A stretch of 64,000 bases of DNA from positions 41,952 through 105,951 of the forward strand of contig JBJMHS010000016.1 in the NCBI GenBank assembly GCA_045807245.1. The letters are read 5' to 3'. The notes below the pieces were generated by a model. That model saw only the letters and a list, made by a program, of their open reading frames with translations, ran no database searches and was not told the origin of the DNA. The translations under genes and the position numbers were made by a program. This stretch comes from Actinomycetales bacterium. Its GTDB lineage: Bacteria; Actinomycetota; Actinomycetes; Actinomycetales; CAVURS01. Shown one piece after another: positions 17,861-27,860 of the stretch (positions are counted from its first letter, which is position 1; every line of letters begins with the position of its first letter).

Positions 17861-18506
17861 CGTGGCCCCGGGCGCTGCCCCCACGGCCACGGACGTGGCC
17901 GACGGACGCACCCCCCAGGGTTCCGACGTCGCACCCACCGTCGTCAAGATCGTGGTGGCCGGCGGATTCGCGGTCGGCAAGACCACGTTCATCGGATCTA
18001 TCTCCGACATCGAGCCGCTCTCGACCGAGGCCGCGATGACCGAGCACTCGGTCGGCATCGACGACGCTGGTGGCAACACGCATCGCAAGACGACGACCAC
18101 CGTGGCCATGGACTTCGGCCGGATCGCGCTGCCGGGCAACCTGTGGCTGTACCTGTTCGGTACGCCGGGTCAGGACCGCTTCCTGTTCATGTGGGACGAC
18201 CTGGTGCGCGGCGCGATCGGCGCCGTCGTCCTGGTCGACACCGAGCGGCTCGACCAGTGCTTCCCGGCCATCGACTACTTCGAGGCCCGCGGTATCCCGT
18301 TCGTCGTGGCGATCAACTGCTTCGACGGCGTCGCCCGGCACGGCATCGACGAGGTCCGCGCGGCGCTGCAGGTGCCGGCCAACGTCCCGATGATCTACAC
18401 CGACGCACGCGCCCGGGCCGCGACCAAGCAGGCGCTGATCTCCGTCGTCCAGCTGGCCATGCAGCGGCTGACCGCCAACGCGCAGGCTCCCGCCCCGCAG
18501 GTCTGA
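17841..18506 (+). CDS. cvnD: Conservon component CvnD, small Ras/MglA-like GTPase
   Basis: P-loop GGFAVGKTT, G3 motif FGTPGQDRF and G4-like INCFD. It overlaps the cvnC 3' end. The start is ATG 17841 (SD GGAGAG) or GTG 17832. Confidence 0.9.
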   Translation: MAFPRSDVAPGAAPTATDVADGRTPQGSDVAPTVVKIVVAGGFAVGKTTFIGSISDIEPLSTEAAMTEHSVGIDDAGGNTHRKTTTTVAMDFGRIALPGNLWLYLFGTPGQDRFLFMWDDLVRGAIGAVVLVDTERLDQCFPAIDYFEARGIPFVVAINCFDGVARHGIDEVRAALQVPANVPMIYTDARARAATKQALISVVQLAMQRLTANAQAPAPQV

Positions 18507-18539
18507 GGCCATGGGCTCCAGCTCTGAGGCGCGGGGAGA

Positions 18540-18563
18540 TAGTTAGTTGCGCTAAACTAACTA
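18540..18563. promoter_or_regulatory. AT-rich 9-bp perfect inverted repeat abutting the MFS start codon (candidate MarR operator)
   Basis: TAGTTAGTT-GCGCTA-AACTAACTA ends 1 nt before GTG 18565, and no SD is visible. A MarR gene is translationally coupled downstream. Confidence 0.55.
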
Positions 18564-18564
18564 A

Positions 18565-20349
18565 GTGAGCTTCGCGTCGCTGACCGCCCCGTCCGCCCGC
18601 TGGGACAAGGACCACCCGTCGTACAAGTGGATCGCGCTGTCGAACACGACGATGGGCATGCTGGTCGCCACCATCAACGGCTCCATCGTCCTGATCAGCC
18701 TCCCGGCGATCTTCCGCGGCATCCATCTGAACCCGCTGGCGCCGCAGAACGTGAGCTACCTGCTCTGGATGATCATGGGCTTCCTGCTCGTGAGCGCCGT
18801 GCTGGTCGTCACGCTCGGCCGGCTGGGCGACATGTACGGGCGGGTCAAGGTCTACAACCTGGGCTTCCTCGTCTTCCTGGTCAGCTCGGTGCTCCTCGCG
18901 CTCGAACCGCTGGACGGCTCCGGTGGCGCGCTCTGGATCATCGGGTGGCGGCTGGTGCAAGGCATCGGCGGCGCCATGCTGTTCGCCAACTCGACGGCGA
19001 TCCTCACCGACGCGTTCGCGGCGAACCAGCGCGGTACGGCGCTCGGCGTCAACATGGTCGCGGCCATCGCCGGCTCGTTCATCGGCCTGATCCTGGGCGG
19101 CGTGCTCTCCGAGTGGCACTGGCGCGCGGTGTTCTGGGTGAGCGTGCCGTTCGGGCTGATCGGAACCGTCTGGTCCTACCGCTCGCTGCACGAGCTCGGC
19201 GGTACGACGGGCAAGGCCAGGATCGACTGGTGGGGCAACATCACGTTCGCGGTGGGTCTGTCCGCGATGCTCGCCGCCATCACCTATGGCATCCAGCCGT
19301 ACGGCGGCCACTCGCAGGGCTGGACCAACCCGTGGGTGCTGGCCGGCCTGATCGGTGGAAGCGTCCTGCTCGTCGTGTTCGGTGTCGTCGAGACCAAGGT
19401 CTCCGACCCGATGTTCCACATGAACCTGTTCCGGATCCGGCCGTTCTGGGCGGGCAACCTGGCCGGCCTGCTCGCGTCGATCGGCCGTGGCGGCATGCAG
19501 TTCATGCTGATCATCTGGCTGCAGGGCATCTGGCTCCCGTTGCACGGGTACAGCTTCGAGTCCACGCCGCTGTGGGCGGGGATCTACCTGCTCCCGCTCA
19601 GCGTCGGCTTCCTGGTCGCCGGCCCCGCATCCGGCTGGCTGGCCGACCGGATCGGCGGGCGGGCGCTCGCGACCGGAGGACTGCTGGTCACCGGGGCGTC
19701 GTTCGTCGCGTTGATCTTCCTGCCCACCGACTTCACCTACTGGCAGTTCGCGGCGCTGATCGCCATCAACGGCATCGGATCGGGGCTGTTCGCGGCCCCC
19801 AACACGATGTCGATCATGAACTCCGTACCGGCCCATCAGCGCGGCGCGGCCAGCGGCATGCGCGGCACGTTCTTCAACTCGGGATCCTCACTGTCGATCG
19901 GCATCTTCTTCTCGCTGATGATCGCCGGGCTCGCCTCGACCCTGCCGACGACGCTGACCAACGGCCTGACGGCGCAAGGGGTCTCGCCCGGCGTCGCGCA
20001 GCAGATCGGTGGTCTGCCTCCGGTCGGGTCGCTGTTCGCCGCCTTCCTCGGGTACAACCCGATGCAGAGCCTGCTGGGGCCGTCCGGCACCCTGCACCAG
20101 ATCCCCCCGGCCAGTGCGGCCACGCTGACCGGCAAGGAGTTCTTCCCGCACCTGATCGCACAACCGTTCCACCACGGCCTGGCCGTCGTCTTCACGGCCG
20201 CCGCCCTGATGATGCTGGTCGGCGCGCTCGCCTCGATGTTCCGCGGCGGGAAGTACGTCCACGACGACGGCGCGTTGTCGGACGCTTCCGACGGCGAGCG
20301 GATGGGCCAGGATGACCCGGTGGAGCCGCTGCAGTCGGTACGTCCGTGA
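18565..20349 (+). CDS. MFS transporter, DHA2 (EmrB/QacA-like, 14-TMS) drug:H+ antiporter family
   Basis: 594 aa with about 14 hydrophobic segments and the motif [13 protein letters not shown]. Confidence 0.9.
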   Translation: MSFASLTAPSARWDKDHPSYKWIALSNTTMGMLVATINGSIVLISLPAIFRGIHLNPLAPQNVSYLLWMIMGFLLVSAVLVVTLGRLGDMYGRVKVYNLGFLVFLVSSVLLALEPLDGSGGALWIIGWRLVQGIGGAMLFANSTAILTDAFAANQRGTALGVNMVAAIAGSFIGLILGGVLSEWHWRAVFWVSVPFGLIGTVWSYRSLHELGGTTGKARIDWWGNITFAVGLSAMLAAITYGIQPYGGHSQGWTNPWVLAGLIGGSVLLVVFGVVETKVSDPMFHMNLFRIRPFWAGNLAGLLASIGRGGMQFMLIIWLQGIWLPLHGYSFESTPLWAGIYLLPLSVGFLVAGPASGWLADRIGGRALATGGLLVTGASFVALIFLPTDFTYWQFAALIAINGIGSGLFAAPNTMSIMNSVPAHQRGAASGMRGTFFNSGSSLSIGIFFSLMIAGLASTLPTTLTNGLTAQGVSPGVAQQIGGLPPVGSLFAAFLGYNPMQSLLGPSGTLHQIPPASAATLTGKEFFPHLIAQPFHHGLAVVFTAAALMMLVGALASMFRGGKYVHDDGALSDASDGERMGQDDPVEPLQSVRP

Positions 20350-20789
20350 CGCGGCGTACGGCCGCTGTGGCGGTCGACTCGCCCGTCGACACGACCCGGT
20401 TGTACGTAGCGCTGGGCCGGCTGACCCGCTCGTTGCGCCGGGAGGCGGCGGCGCCGGTGAGCCACGGCGTACTCAGCGCGCTCGTCACTGTCGTCAAGGA
20501 AGGGCCGATCCGGTCCGGGGAGCTGGCCGCCCGCGAGGGTGTGGCCCCGCCGTCGATGACCAAGGTCGTGACCAGCCTGGAGCAGGCCGGGTACGTCGAG
20601 CGCGTGCCGGATCCCGGGGATGGCCGGGCCGCGCTCATCTCGGCCACCGTTGCCGGCCGAGCCCTGGTCGAGAGCACCCTTGAGCTGCGGCTGCACGGGC
20701 TGACCCGGCGGATCGAGGCGTTGGGGCCGGACGAGGCGGCCGCCCTGGTGGCCGCCATGCCCGCGCTCGAGGCCCTCGCCGAGGACTGA
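20346..20789 (+). CDS. MarR family transcriptional regulator
   Basis: GTGA overlap with the MFS stop. Winged helix [51 protein letters not shown]. Confidence 0.9.
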   Translation: MTRRTAAVAVDSPVDTTRLYVALGRLTRSLRREAAAPVSHGVLSALVTVVKEGPIRSGELAAREGVAPPSMTKVVTSLEQAGYVERVPDPGDGRAALISATVAGRALVESTLELRLHGLTRRIEALGPDEAAALVAAMPALEALAED

Positions 20790-20790
20790 G

Positions 20791-20835
20791 CTGTCAGCAC
20801 CAGGGAGTCGATATGGGCGTTCTCATGCTGACAGG
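20791..20835 (+). terminator. Stem-loop after marR, upstream of cysK
   Basis: CTGTCAGCA (20791-20799) and TGCTGACAG (20827-20835). The loop is long (27 nt) and there is no U-tract. Confidence 0.3.
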
Positions 20836-20890
20836 TTCGGGGAAGTGCAGCGCTAGGTTTACTACTCAACTAGCGAGGTAGGCTGGCGCG

Positions 20891-21820
20891 GTGCGCATCT
20901 ACGAGGACGTCACCCAGCTCATCGGCAACACGCCTCTCGTGCGGCTGAACCGGGTCAGTGAAGGCTCCGGGGCCGAGATCGTCGCGAAGCTCGAGTTCTA
21001 CAACCCCGCCAGCAGCGTCAAGGACCGCATCGGCGTCTCCATGATCGACGCGGCCGAGGCGGCGGGCGTCCTCAAGCCGGGTGGCACCGTCGTCGAGGCG
21101 ACGAGTGGCAACACCGGCATCGCGTTGGCGATGGTCGGCGCCGCCCGGGGCTACCGCGTCGTGCTGACGATGCCGGAGACCATGAGCAAGGAGCGGCGGG
21201 CCCTGTTGCGGGCGTTCGGCGCTGAGCTGGTCCTCACCCCGGGCAGCGACGGCATGAAGGGTGCGGTCAACCGGGCGGAGGAGCTGGGCGCCGAGGAGGG
21301 CTCGGTCCTCGTCCGCCAGTTCGAGAACGAGGCCAACCCCGAGATCCACCGGAAGACGACGGCCGAGGAGATCTGGAACGACACCGACGGCCAGGTCGAC
21401 ATCGTGGTCGCCGGCATCGGCACCGGCGGCACCATCACCGGCGTCGGTCAGGTGCTGAAGGCGCGAAAGCCCGACGTGAAGATGGTCGCGGTCGAGCCCG
21501 AGGAGTCGCCCATCCTCAACGGGGGCGAGCCCGGCCCGCACAAGATCCAGGGCATCGGCGCGAACTTCGTGCCGGCCATCCTCGACCGCTCGAGCTACGA
21601 CGAGGTCATCGACGTCAACGCCGACACCGCCGTGCAGTGGGCCCGTCGCACCGCCGCTGAAGAGGGCCTGCTCGTCGGCCTGTCCTCAGGCGCCGCGATC
21701 GCCGCGGCGGTGCAGGTAGGCAAGCGGCCGGAGAACGACGGCAAGCTGATCGTCGTGATCATCCCCAGCTTCGGCGAGCGCTATCTGTCGACGATCCTGT
21801 ACGCCGACCTGCTCGACTGA
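20891..21820 (+). CDS. cysK: Cysteine synthase A (O-acetylserine sulfhydrylase)
   Basis: [14 protein letters not shown]-lysine motif NPASSVKDR and GTGGTITG. Confidence 0.95.
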   Translation: MRIYEDVTQLIGNTPLVRLNRVSEGSGAEIVAKLEFYNPASSVKDRIGVSMIDAAEAAGVLKPGGTVVEATSGNTGIALAMVGAARGYRVVLTMPETMSKERRALLRAFGAELVLTPGSDGMKGAVNRAEELGAEEGSVLVRQFENEANPEIHRKTTAEEIWNDTDGQVDIVVAGIGTGGTITGVGQVLKARKPDVKMVAVEPEESPILNGGEPGPHKIQGIGANFVPAILDRSSYDEVIDVNADTAVQWARRTAAEEGLLVGLSSGAAIAAAVQVGKRPENDGKLIVVIIPSFGERYLSTILYADLLD

Positions 21821-21835
21821 GGCGCGGCATCCGTC

Positions 21836-22441
21836 ATGGCGGAGCTGCTGCCGGACTCCGGGCCGGCTCGCTGGCGGGCCCGGCTGCGCGAGGACGTGGC
21901 GACGGCGGCGCGCCGAGACCCGGCCGCGCGCGGGCGGCTGGAGATCGTGCTGTGCTACCCGGGCCTGCACGCGATCTGGGTCCACCGGCTGGCGCATCAG
22001 CTGTGGGAACAACACGGCTTGAGGTTGCTCGCTCGCCTTGTCTCGCAAGCGAACCGGTGGTTCACCGGAGTTGAGATCCACCCCGGCGCGACGATCGGCC
22101 GCCGGTTCTTCATCGACCACGCGATGGGTGTCGTCATCGGTGAGACGGCCGAGGTCGGCGACGACGTGATGCTGTACCACGGCGTGACGCTGGGCGGACG
22201 GTCGATGGAGCGGGTCAAGCGTCACCCCACCGTCGAGGACAACGTCACCGTCGGGGCGGGCGCGCGCATCCTCGGACCGGTCAGGATCGGGGCCGGTGCG
22301 CAGATCGGCGCCAATGCCGTGGTGGTCAAGGATGTCCCAGCGGGTGCGGTCGTCGTCGGCGTACCCGGCCGGGTCGTCGCGCCCGACCCGGGCACGACAC
22401 CGGAGGAACGCGAGTGGGTCGACCCCGCGATCTTCATCTGA
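21836..22441 (+). CDS. cysE: Serine O-acetyltransferase
   Basis: Left-handed beta-helix hexapeptide repeats ([34 protein letters not shown]...). Located immediately downstream of cysK. Confidence 0.9.
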   Translation: MAELLPDSGPARWRARLREDVATAARRDPAARGRLEIVLCYPGLHAIWVHRLAHQLWEQHGLRLLARLVSQANRWFTGVEIHPGATIGRRFFIDHAMGVVIGETAEVGDDVMLYHGVTLGGRSMERVKRHPTVEDNVTVGAGARILGPVRIGAGAQIGANAVVVKDVPAGAVVVGVPGRVVAPDPGTTPEEREWVDPAIFI

Positions 22442-22475
22442 GATCCCATCCCGGCAGCACTGCGAGGGAGGCGCG

Positions 22476-22823
22476 ATGACGCGCGACATGGAGGCGTTCG
22501 AGCTGGTGATCCTGCGGCGCCCGGCACATGCGCCCCAGTACGACGAGGAGACCCTCGACCGGCTGCAGCTCGAGCATCTGGCCTATCGGGACCGGCTGCG
22601 CGAGCAGGGAGTGCTGGCCGTCAACGGACCGGTACGTGACCAGCCGGACGAGAGCCTGCGGGGGATGTCACTCTTCCGGACCGGGTCGTTGGAGGAGACC
22701 CGGCGGCTGAACGAGCAGGACCCGATGTACCTGGCCGGCCGGTTCGAGTTCGAGATCATGACGTACTGGTGTCCCGCCGGGTCGGTCACCATGCCGGGAC
22801 GGCCGTTCAGCCTCGACAGCTGA
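22476..22823 (+). CDS. YciI family protein
   Basis: ATG at 22476 with SD GAGGGAGG. YCII-like pattern ...HLAYRDRLREQGVLAVNGP...DPMYLAGRF. Confidence 0.7.
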   Translation: MTRDMEAFELVILRRPAHAPQYDEETLDRLQLEHLAYRDRLREQGVLAVNGPVRDQPDESLRGMSLFRTGSLEETRRLNEQDPMYLAGRFEFEIMTYWCPAGSVTMPGRPFSLDS

Positions 22824-22912
22824 CCGCCCATACGGCCGTCCGGGTGACCGGAAACCCAACGGCAACACGGACCTGGCACGCTGATGGCAATCACCTGTCG
22901 GGAGGTGCCGCC

Positions 22913-23569
22913 ATGCTCGCACTCGTCCGGATCTCCGTCCCTGACCGCCCTGGCGCGCTGGGCGAGGTCGCCACCCGGGTCGGAGCGGCCGGCGCCGACA
23001 TCGTCCAGGTGCAGGTGCTCGAGAGCGAGTCCGGCCGCGCGCTGGACGACCTGCATCTCCGGGTGCGCGACGCGACCCATCTCCAACGGGTCGAGCACCA
23101 GCTCGCGGCCGTCCCAGGTGTCCAGGTGATGGGCGTACGCGACGAACCCGCGCCGACTACCGGCCACGGCGAGCTGGAGCTGGCCCGACGCATGGTCGCG
23201 GCGCCCGCCCGGGCCCTGTCCACCCTGGTCGACGGAGTCGCGGCATCGACCGGGTCGGACTGGGCGGCGGCGGTGCACTACGACGAGTACGAGCGGGTCG
23301 ACCGGGTCGTCGCCACCAGTCCGGCCTGCCCAGGACCCGAGCACGTGACCGTCGAGGTGCCGCTCCGACTCACGGTGATCGGCGGCTCCCACGCGGGCAT
23401 GGCCCTCGTCCCGCTCACCGGAACCCGGCTCGGTCTCGTGGTCGTGCGCGAGTCGGGACCGCCGTACCACTACGCAGAGCTGTGGCGACTTGAACAGCTC
23501 GGCGCGCTCGCCGGTCACGTGCTCACCCAGTCCGAGCGGCCGGCCACCGAGGTGAGCGTCACGACCTGA
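22913..23569 (+). CDS. ACT-domain protein with an uncharacterised (GAF-like?) C-terminal domain
   Basis: ATG at 22913 with SD GGGAGG. ACT signature VRISVPDRPGALGEVATRVGAAGADI. Confidence 0.6.
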   Translation: MLALVRISVPDRPGALGEVATRVGAAGADIVQVQVLESESGRALDDLHLRVRDATHLQRVEHQLAAVPGVQVMGVRDEPAPTTGHGELELARRMVAAPARALSTLVDGVAASTGSDWAAAVHYDEYERVDRVVATSPACPGPEHVTVEVPLRLTVIGGSHAGMALVPLTGTRLGLVVVRESGPPYHYAELWRLEQLGALAGHVLTQSERPATEVSVTT

Positions 23570-23597
23570 GGGCACCGGGGTAGGGCAGGATGCCGTC

Positions 23598-23924
23598 GTG
23601 ACCGCGAAGACCCGGATCTACTCGCTCGCCGCGGCTGCATGGGCGGGTTTCTATGTGGTCCTGTACGTCCTCACCGTGCGCCGGCAGGGCAACGACCCCG
23701 CCTGGTGGTACGTCACGCTGGTGTGCGCGCCGCTGGCCCTGAGTGTGGCCGCGGGGGTCGAGGGTGCGACCCCCCGGGCCGGCAAGGCGTTGCTCGTAGC
23801 GCTCGTGCTGTTCGTGTTCAGCGCCCTGCTCGGTGTGGCCAGCATCGGCCTGCTGCTCGTGCCGTCGGTCGTCGCGGCTGCGGTCGCCGCCGGCGCGATC
23901 GGCCGCGAACCCGCCGCCCGCTGA
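23598..23924 (+). CDS. Small integral membrane protein (3 predicted TM segments)
   Basis: ORF 23598..23924 has hydrophobic segments and GC3-rich codons. I recognise no family. Confidence 0.45.
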   Translation: MTAKTRIYSLAAAAWAGFYVVLYVLTVRRQGNDPAWWYVTLVCAPLALSVAAGVEGATPRAGKALLVALVLFVFSALLGVASIGLLLVPSVVAAAVAAGAIGREPAAR

Positions 23925-23966
23925 GACGGACGACGGGTTCCGGACCGGCTTCGGCCGTCAGGTCCG

Positions 23967-25631
23967 TCAGGCCAGCGTGGCGTGCTCGTAGTCCAGCTGC
24001 GCCCGGTCCTTCTCGACGGCCACCGCGACCTGCTCGGGCGTGAGCACGAGCTGAACGGCCCAGTAGAAGATCACCAGGCTGAACACCGCGACCACCAGCA
24101 GGTCGATCCACTCGGGCAGCCAGCTCTTGGACCCGTCGCCGTACCGGCCGGCCAGACCGATGAGGACAGACCCGATGATCCACGGGCCGATCCAGATCGC
24201 GTTGCGCAGCTTGCTGGCCGCATCGGTGTGGTTCACGTTGATGCCGATGCCGAAGATGATCAGGCCGACCACGATGGCCAGGGCGATCTTCCAGGTGTAG
24301 TTGTAGCCGCCCCAGTACAGGATCAGGTTGGCCGAGACGAACGCGGAGGGGAACAGCAGGCCGGGCATCGGCGCTCGGTACTGCCGGGGCCGGTCGCCGT
24401 CCACCTTCTGCAGAGCCGCCAACGAGACGGGTGCGAACGCGTACATCACCGCGGTGGCTCCGGTGACGACGCCGACCAGCTTGTTCCAGCTGGGGAACGG
24501 TCCGAAGCAGAGCTCTCCGACGATCGCCGTCACCAGGATGGAGAAGACCGGCACGCCGCGGCTGTTGACACTGGCCAGCCTGCTCGGCAGCTCGCTCTCC
24601 TCACCGAGCGCGTAGGAGATGCGGGAGGTCGTGCCGACGTAGACGATGCCGGTGCCCGCAGGGGAGATGACGGCGTCGATGATCAGGATCGTGGCGAGCC
24701 AGCCGGCTCCGACGGCGAGCGCGAGGGTGTACCAGGCGCCGTAGTCGGACGGGTCGGTGCCCAACGGGTTGTTCCAGTTCTTGGTCACGTGCGAGGGCGC
24801 GACGCCGGCAATGAACACCAGCTGCAGCAGCGCGTAGAGGACGGCGCCGATCGCCATCGCCGTGATGATCGCCCGGGAGATGTCCTTCTTCGGGTTGCGC
24901 GCCTCACCCGCTAGCTGGACCGCCTGTTCGAAGCCTTGCAACGCGAACACGACCCCGGCCGGGAAGGCGGCAAAGATGCCGTGGATGCCGTCGGGCGCGA
25001 ACCCGCCGCCGGCGGTGAAGTTGCCGCCGTGGAACTCGGATCCGGCCACGATGATGATCGCGAGCAGGGGTACGGCCGTCTTCCAGATGACCACGATGGA
25101 GTTGCTCTCCGACATGAACTTCGCGCCGGCCAGGTTCATCGCGGTGAACAGGATCATGCCGAAGGTGGCGACGAGGAGACCCTTGCCGTTCAGCAGGCCG
25201 GCCTTGTCCCCCGAGGCGTAGAGCATCGCGAAGTTCTCGTGGACGGCCTTGACGCTGTTGACGTACGTGATGCAGGCGAGCACCTCGATCGGCGCGATCG
25301 CCACGGCCTGCAGCCAGGATGTCCAGCCGGCCACGAAGCCCGCGACGGGCCCGTGCGAGAAGTACGGGAAGCGTCCCGTGCCTCCCGCCACGGGGTAGGT
25401 GGCCCCGAGCTCGGCGTACACCAGAGCCAAGGACGTGAGCATGGCGGCCGCGAGAATCCACGAGATGATCGAGGCCGGACCGGCGACCTCCGCTGCATTG
25501 AGGGCGCCGAGTAGCCAGCCGGACCCGATGATCGAGCCGAGGGACACGAACATCAGTCCGTAGAACCCGACCGATCGCTGCAGGTGACCGGCCCGCTCGG
25601 GGCCTTGCTCCACCGTCGCGCTTGTCGCCAT
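23967..25631 (-). CDS. APC superfamily amino acid/polyamine permease
   Basis: ATG at 25631 (MATSATVEQG...). About 12-14 TM segments and an N-terminal motif GLMFVSLGSIIGSGW. Confidence 0.85.
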   Translation of the reverse strand: MATSATVEQGPERAGHLQRSVGFYGLMFVSLGSIIGSGWLLGALNAAEVAGPASIISWILAAAMLTSLALVYAELGATYPVAGGTGRFPYFSHGPVAGFVAGWTSWLQAVAIAPIEVLACITYVNSVKAVHENFAMLYASGDKAGLLNGKGLLVATFGMILFTAMNLAGAKFMSESNSIVVIWKTAVPLLAIIIVAGSEFHGGNFTAGGGFAPDGIHGIFAAFPAGVVFALQGFEQAVQLAGEARNPKKDISRAIITAMAIGAVLYALLQLVFIAGVAPSHVTKNWNNPLGTDPSDYGAWYTLALAVGAGWLATILIIDAVISPAGTGIVYVGTTSRISYALGEESELPSRLASVNSRGVPVFSILVTAIVGELCFGPFPSWNKLVGVVTGATAVMYAFAPVSLAALQKVDGDRPRQYRAPMPGLLFPSAFVSANLILYWGGYNYTWKIALAIVVGLIIFGIGINVNHTDAASKLRNAIWIGPWIIGSVLIGLAGRYGDGSKSWLPEWIDLLVVAVFSLVIFYWAVQLVLTPEQVAVAVEKDRAQLDYEHATLA

Positions 25632-25772
25632 TGTCAAGCCCCTGTTCTCCTGGCGGTCACTCGCCCGACATGCGCCGGACGGGCATCGGGCGCAGCCAAT
25701 CACGCGGAGAATTGCGGCGGCTAGAGGGCTTTACTATCCATTGACCAAAGTCGCACTTAGACATGACCGTGT

Positions 25773-25805
25773 GCCGCTGGGGGCCCGACCAAATCCCCCA
25801 GCGGC
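25773..25805 (-). terminator. Perfect 11-bp GC hairpin downstream of the GT39 reading frame
   Basis: GCCGCTGGGGG, an 11-nt loop, then CCCCCAGCGGC. It lies 37 nt beyond TGA 25842-25844 and has no U-tract. Confidence 0.35.
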
Positions 25806-25841
25806 GCGACGATCGAGCCAGACCGGTCGTGCGGCCGACGC

Positions 25842-27838
25842 TCAGGACGAGGAGGCGCCGGACGTCAGGTCGTAGACCGTGACCCCGTCCACCGTCTGGG
25901 CGGTGAAGTTGGCACTGACCCAGCTCGCGATCGCCGACGCGGCGTTGCTCCCGCTGCCGCCTTGGAACCCACCGCCGACCGACCCGGAGCCGATGAACTA
26001 GTGGATCTCGCCCGCAGCCACCCACGCCTTGAACTGGGCCAGGGTCGGCGATGGATCGCTCCCGTTGAACCCACCGATCGGCATGACCGACTCGCCGCTG
26101 GCCAGCTGGTAGCCCGCTCCGTTCTGGGCGCCGACCGTCGCGGCGACCCAGCGGTATGACGAGGCGTCGGCCCTGAGCAGGGCGGTCATCGCGGCACTCG
26201 AGGTGCTGCCGTTGAGCAGTCCGCCCATGCCGCCACCGGTCCCGCCGCCAGCCGGGCCGCCAGCCAGGCCGCCAGGCATCCCGCCAGGCGGCGTCCCGCC
26301 CCGAGCCAGCCCGCCAGCAGGCATCCCACCGCCGGGACGCCCCGTACCGCCGGCCACCGACGGGCCGGCCGTCACGATCGAGCCGCTGTGACCGACCGAC
26401 GCCGTCTGCATCGAGTACGCCGCGGGACCGGCCAGGCTGGTGACCAGGGCGGCCCCCGCGGCGGCTGCCGCCAGGCGGGGGGTCAGCAGGTTGACCCCGG
26501 CGACGGCGAACGCCGCAGCCAGACCACCGACCAGTACGGCGTACCGCAACCACGGGTGCCAGTCACTGCTGCGCTCGAGCAGGACGAACGACCAGATCGC
26601 TGTCAGGGCAACGGTTCCGGCCAGTGTGAGCGCCGCTGACAGATGCTGCCGGCCCCGCCACAGCGATGCCGCACCGACTCCGACGACGGCCGCGATCGCC
26701 GGCGCCAGAGCCACCGTGTAGTACTGGTGGAAGATGCCCTTCATCAGGCTGAAGGTCAGTCCGGTGACGACCAGCCAGCCGCCCCAGACGATCAGCAGGG
26801 CACGGGTCCGGTCGGTGCGGGGCGCGCGCCGGGTGAACCAGAGGCCGGCACCAGCAGGACCAGGGCCGCGGGCAGCAACCAGGCGATCTGACCGCCGATG
26901 TCCCCGTCGAACAGCCGGGTCAGACCGGTCGAGCCCCACATGCCGGCGCCGTTGGTGCCGCCGCCACCGACGCTGCCGGTCTCTTCTCCGGTGAGCCGGC
27001 CCAGACCGTTGTAGCCCCAGATCAGCTCCCACACGCTGTTGGTCTGCGACCCGCCGATGTACGGGCGGGACGAGGCCGGGACCAACGTCACGACGACGAC
27101 CCACCAGAGGCCGCTGACCAGCATGGCCACCCCCGCGACCACGAGCTGGAACAGCCTGCGGCGCAACGAGGTCGGCGCGACGATGAGATAGACGAGTGCG
27201 AGCCCTGGCACGACGAGCAGGGCCTGCAGGCTCTTGGTGAGGAAGGCCAGGCCGACCAGGGCACCGGCCAGCGCGAGCCATCGGGTGCCGGACCGGCGTA
27301 CCGCGGCGTCGATCGCCCGGGTGGTCGCGTAGACCGCTGCGACCATGAGCAGCACGAGCATCGCGTCCGGGTTGTTGAACCGGAACATCAACGTCGCGAC
27401 CGGTGTCGCGGCGAGGGCCAGCCCGGCCAGCAGACCGGCGCCCGAGCCGGCCCAGCGACGTACGGTCAGGTAGAGGAGGTAGACGGAGGCGACGCCCATG
27501 AGGGCTTCGGGGACGAGGATGCTCCAGCTGCTGACGCCGAAGATCCGGGCACTGACCTCCATGACCCACAACGACGCCGGCGGCTTGTCCACGGTGATCG
27601 AGCCGCCCGCGTCGGACGAGCCGAAGAAGAACGCGGCCCAGCTCTTGGTGCCGGCTTGCATGGCAGCGGAGTAGAAGGCGTTCGCCCACCCGTTGGCACT
27701 CAGGCCCCAGAGGTAGAGGACCGACGTCAGGCTCAACAGGCCGGCCAGCGCGGGACGGTGCCAGCCGGGATCGCCCGGCGCGGTGCTGGTGGGGGCCGGT
27801 GCGACCGGCGCAGGTGGCTGCGTGAGTGTCGTCGTCAT
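25842..27838 (-). pseudogene. GT39 (PMT_2/ArnT-like, GT-C fold) glycosyltransferase disrupted by one frameshift and one in-frame TAG
   Basis: The N-terminal part lies in ORF 26792..28123 (start ATG 27838, MTTTLTQ...) and continues in a different frame in ORF 25998..27689. The junction is at about 26848-26851, where LVLLV|AGLWFTRRAPRTDRTR needs one extra G. TAG at 25998-26000 is followed by 51 more in-frame coding-like codons (FIGSGS...VDGVTVYDLTSG...) to TGA 25842. Confidence 0.75.
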
Positions 27839-27860
27839 GAGACCAGCGTCGGCCGCACCG

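Noticed and set aside
18313-19836. Long ORFs opposite to or out of frame with called genes. Examples: 1078..2523(-), 13312..15177(-), 14259..15692(-), 18313..19836(-), 28176..29522(+), 37574..39166(-), 39150..40568(-), 41565..43523(+), 47853..49172(-), 54932..56854(-), 56629..58791(+), 57068..58435(-).
   Set aside because: Their translations are dominated by Arg, Pro, Gly and Ala with no recognisable motifs. Each fully overlaps a gene with clear family signatures. Such shadow ORFs are expected in DNA with very high GC3.
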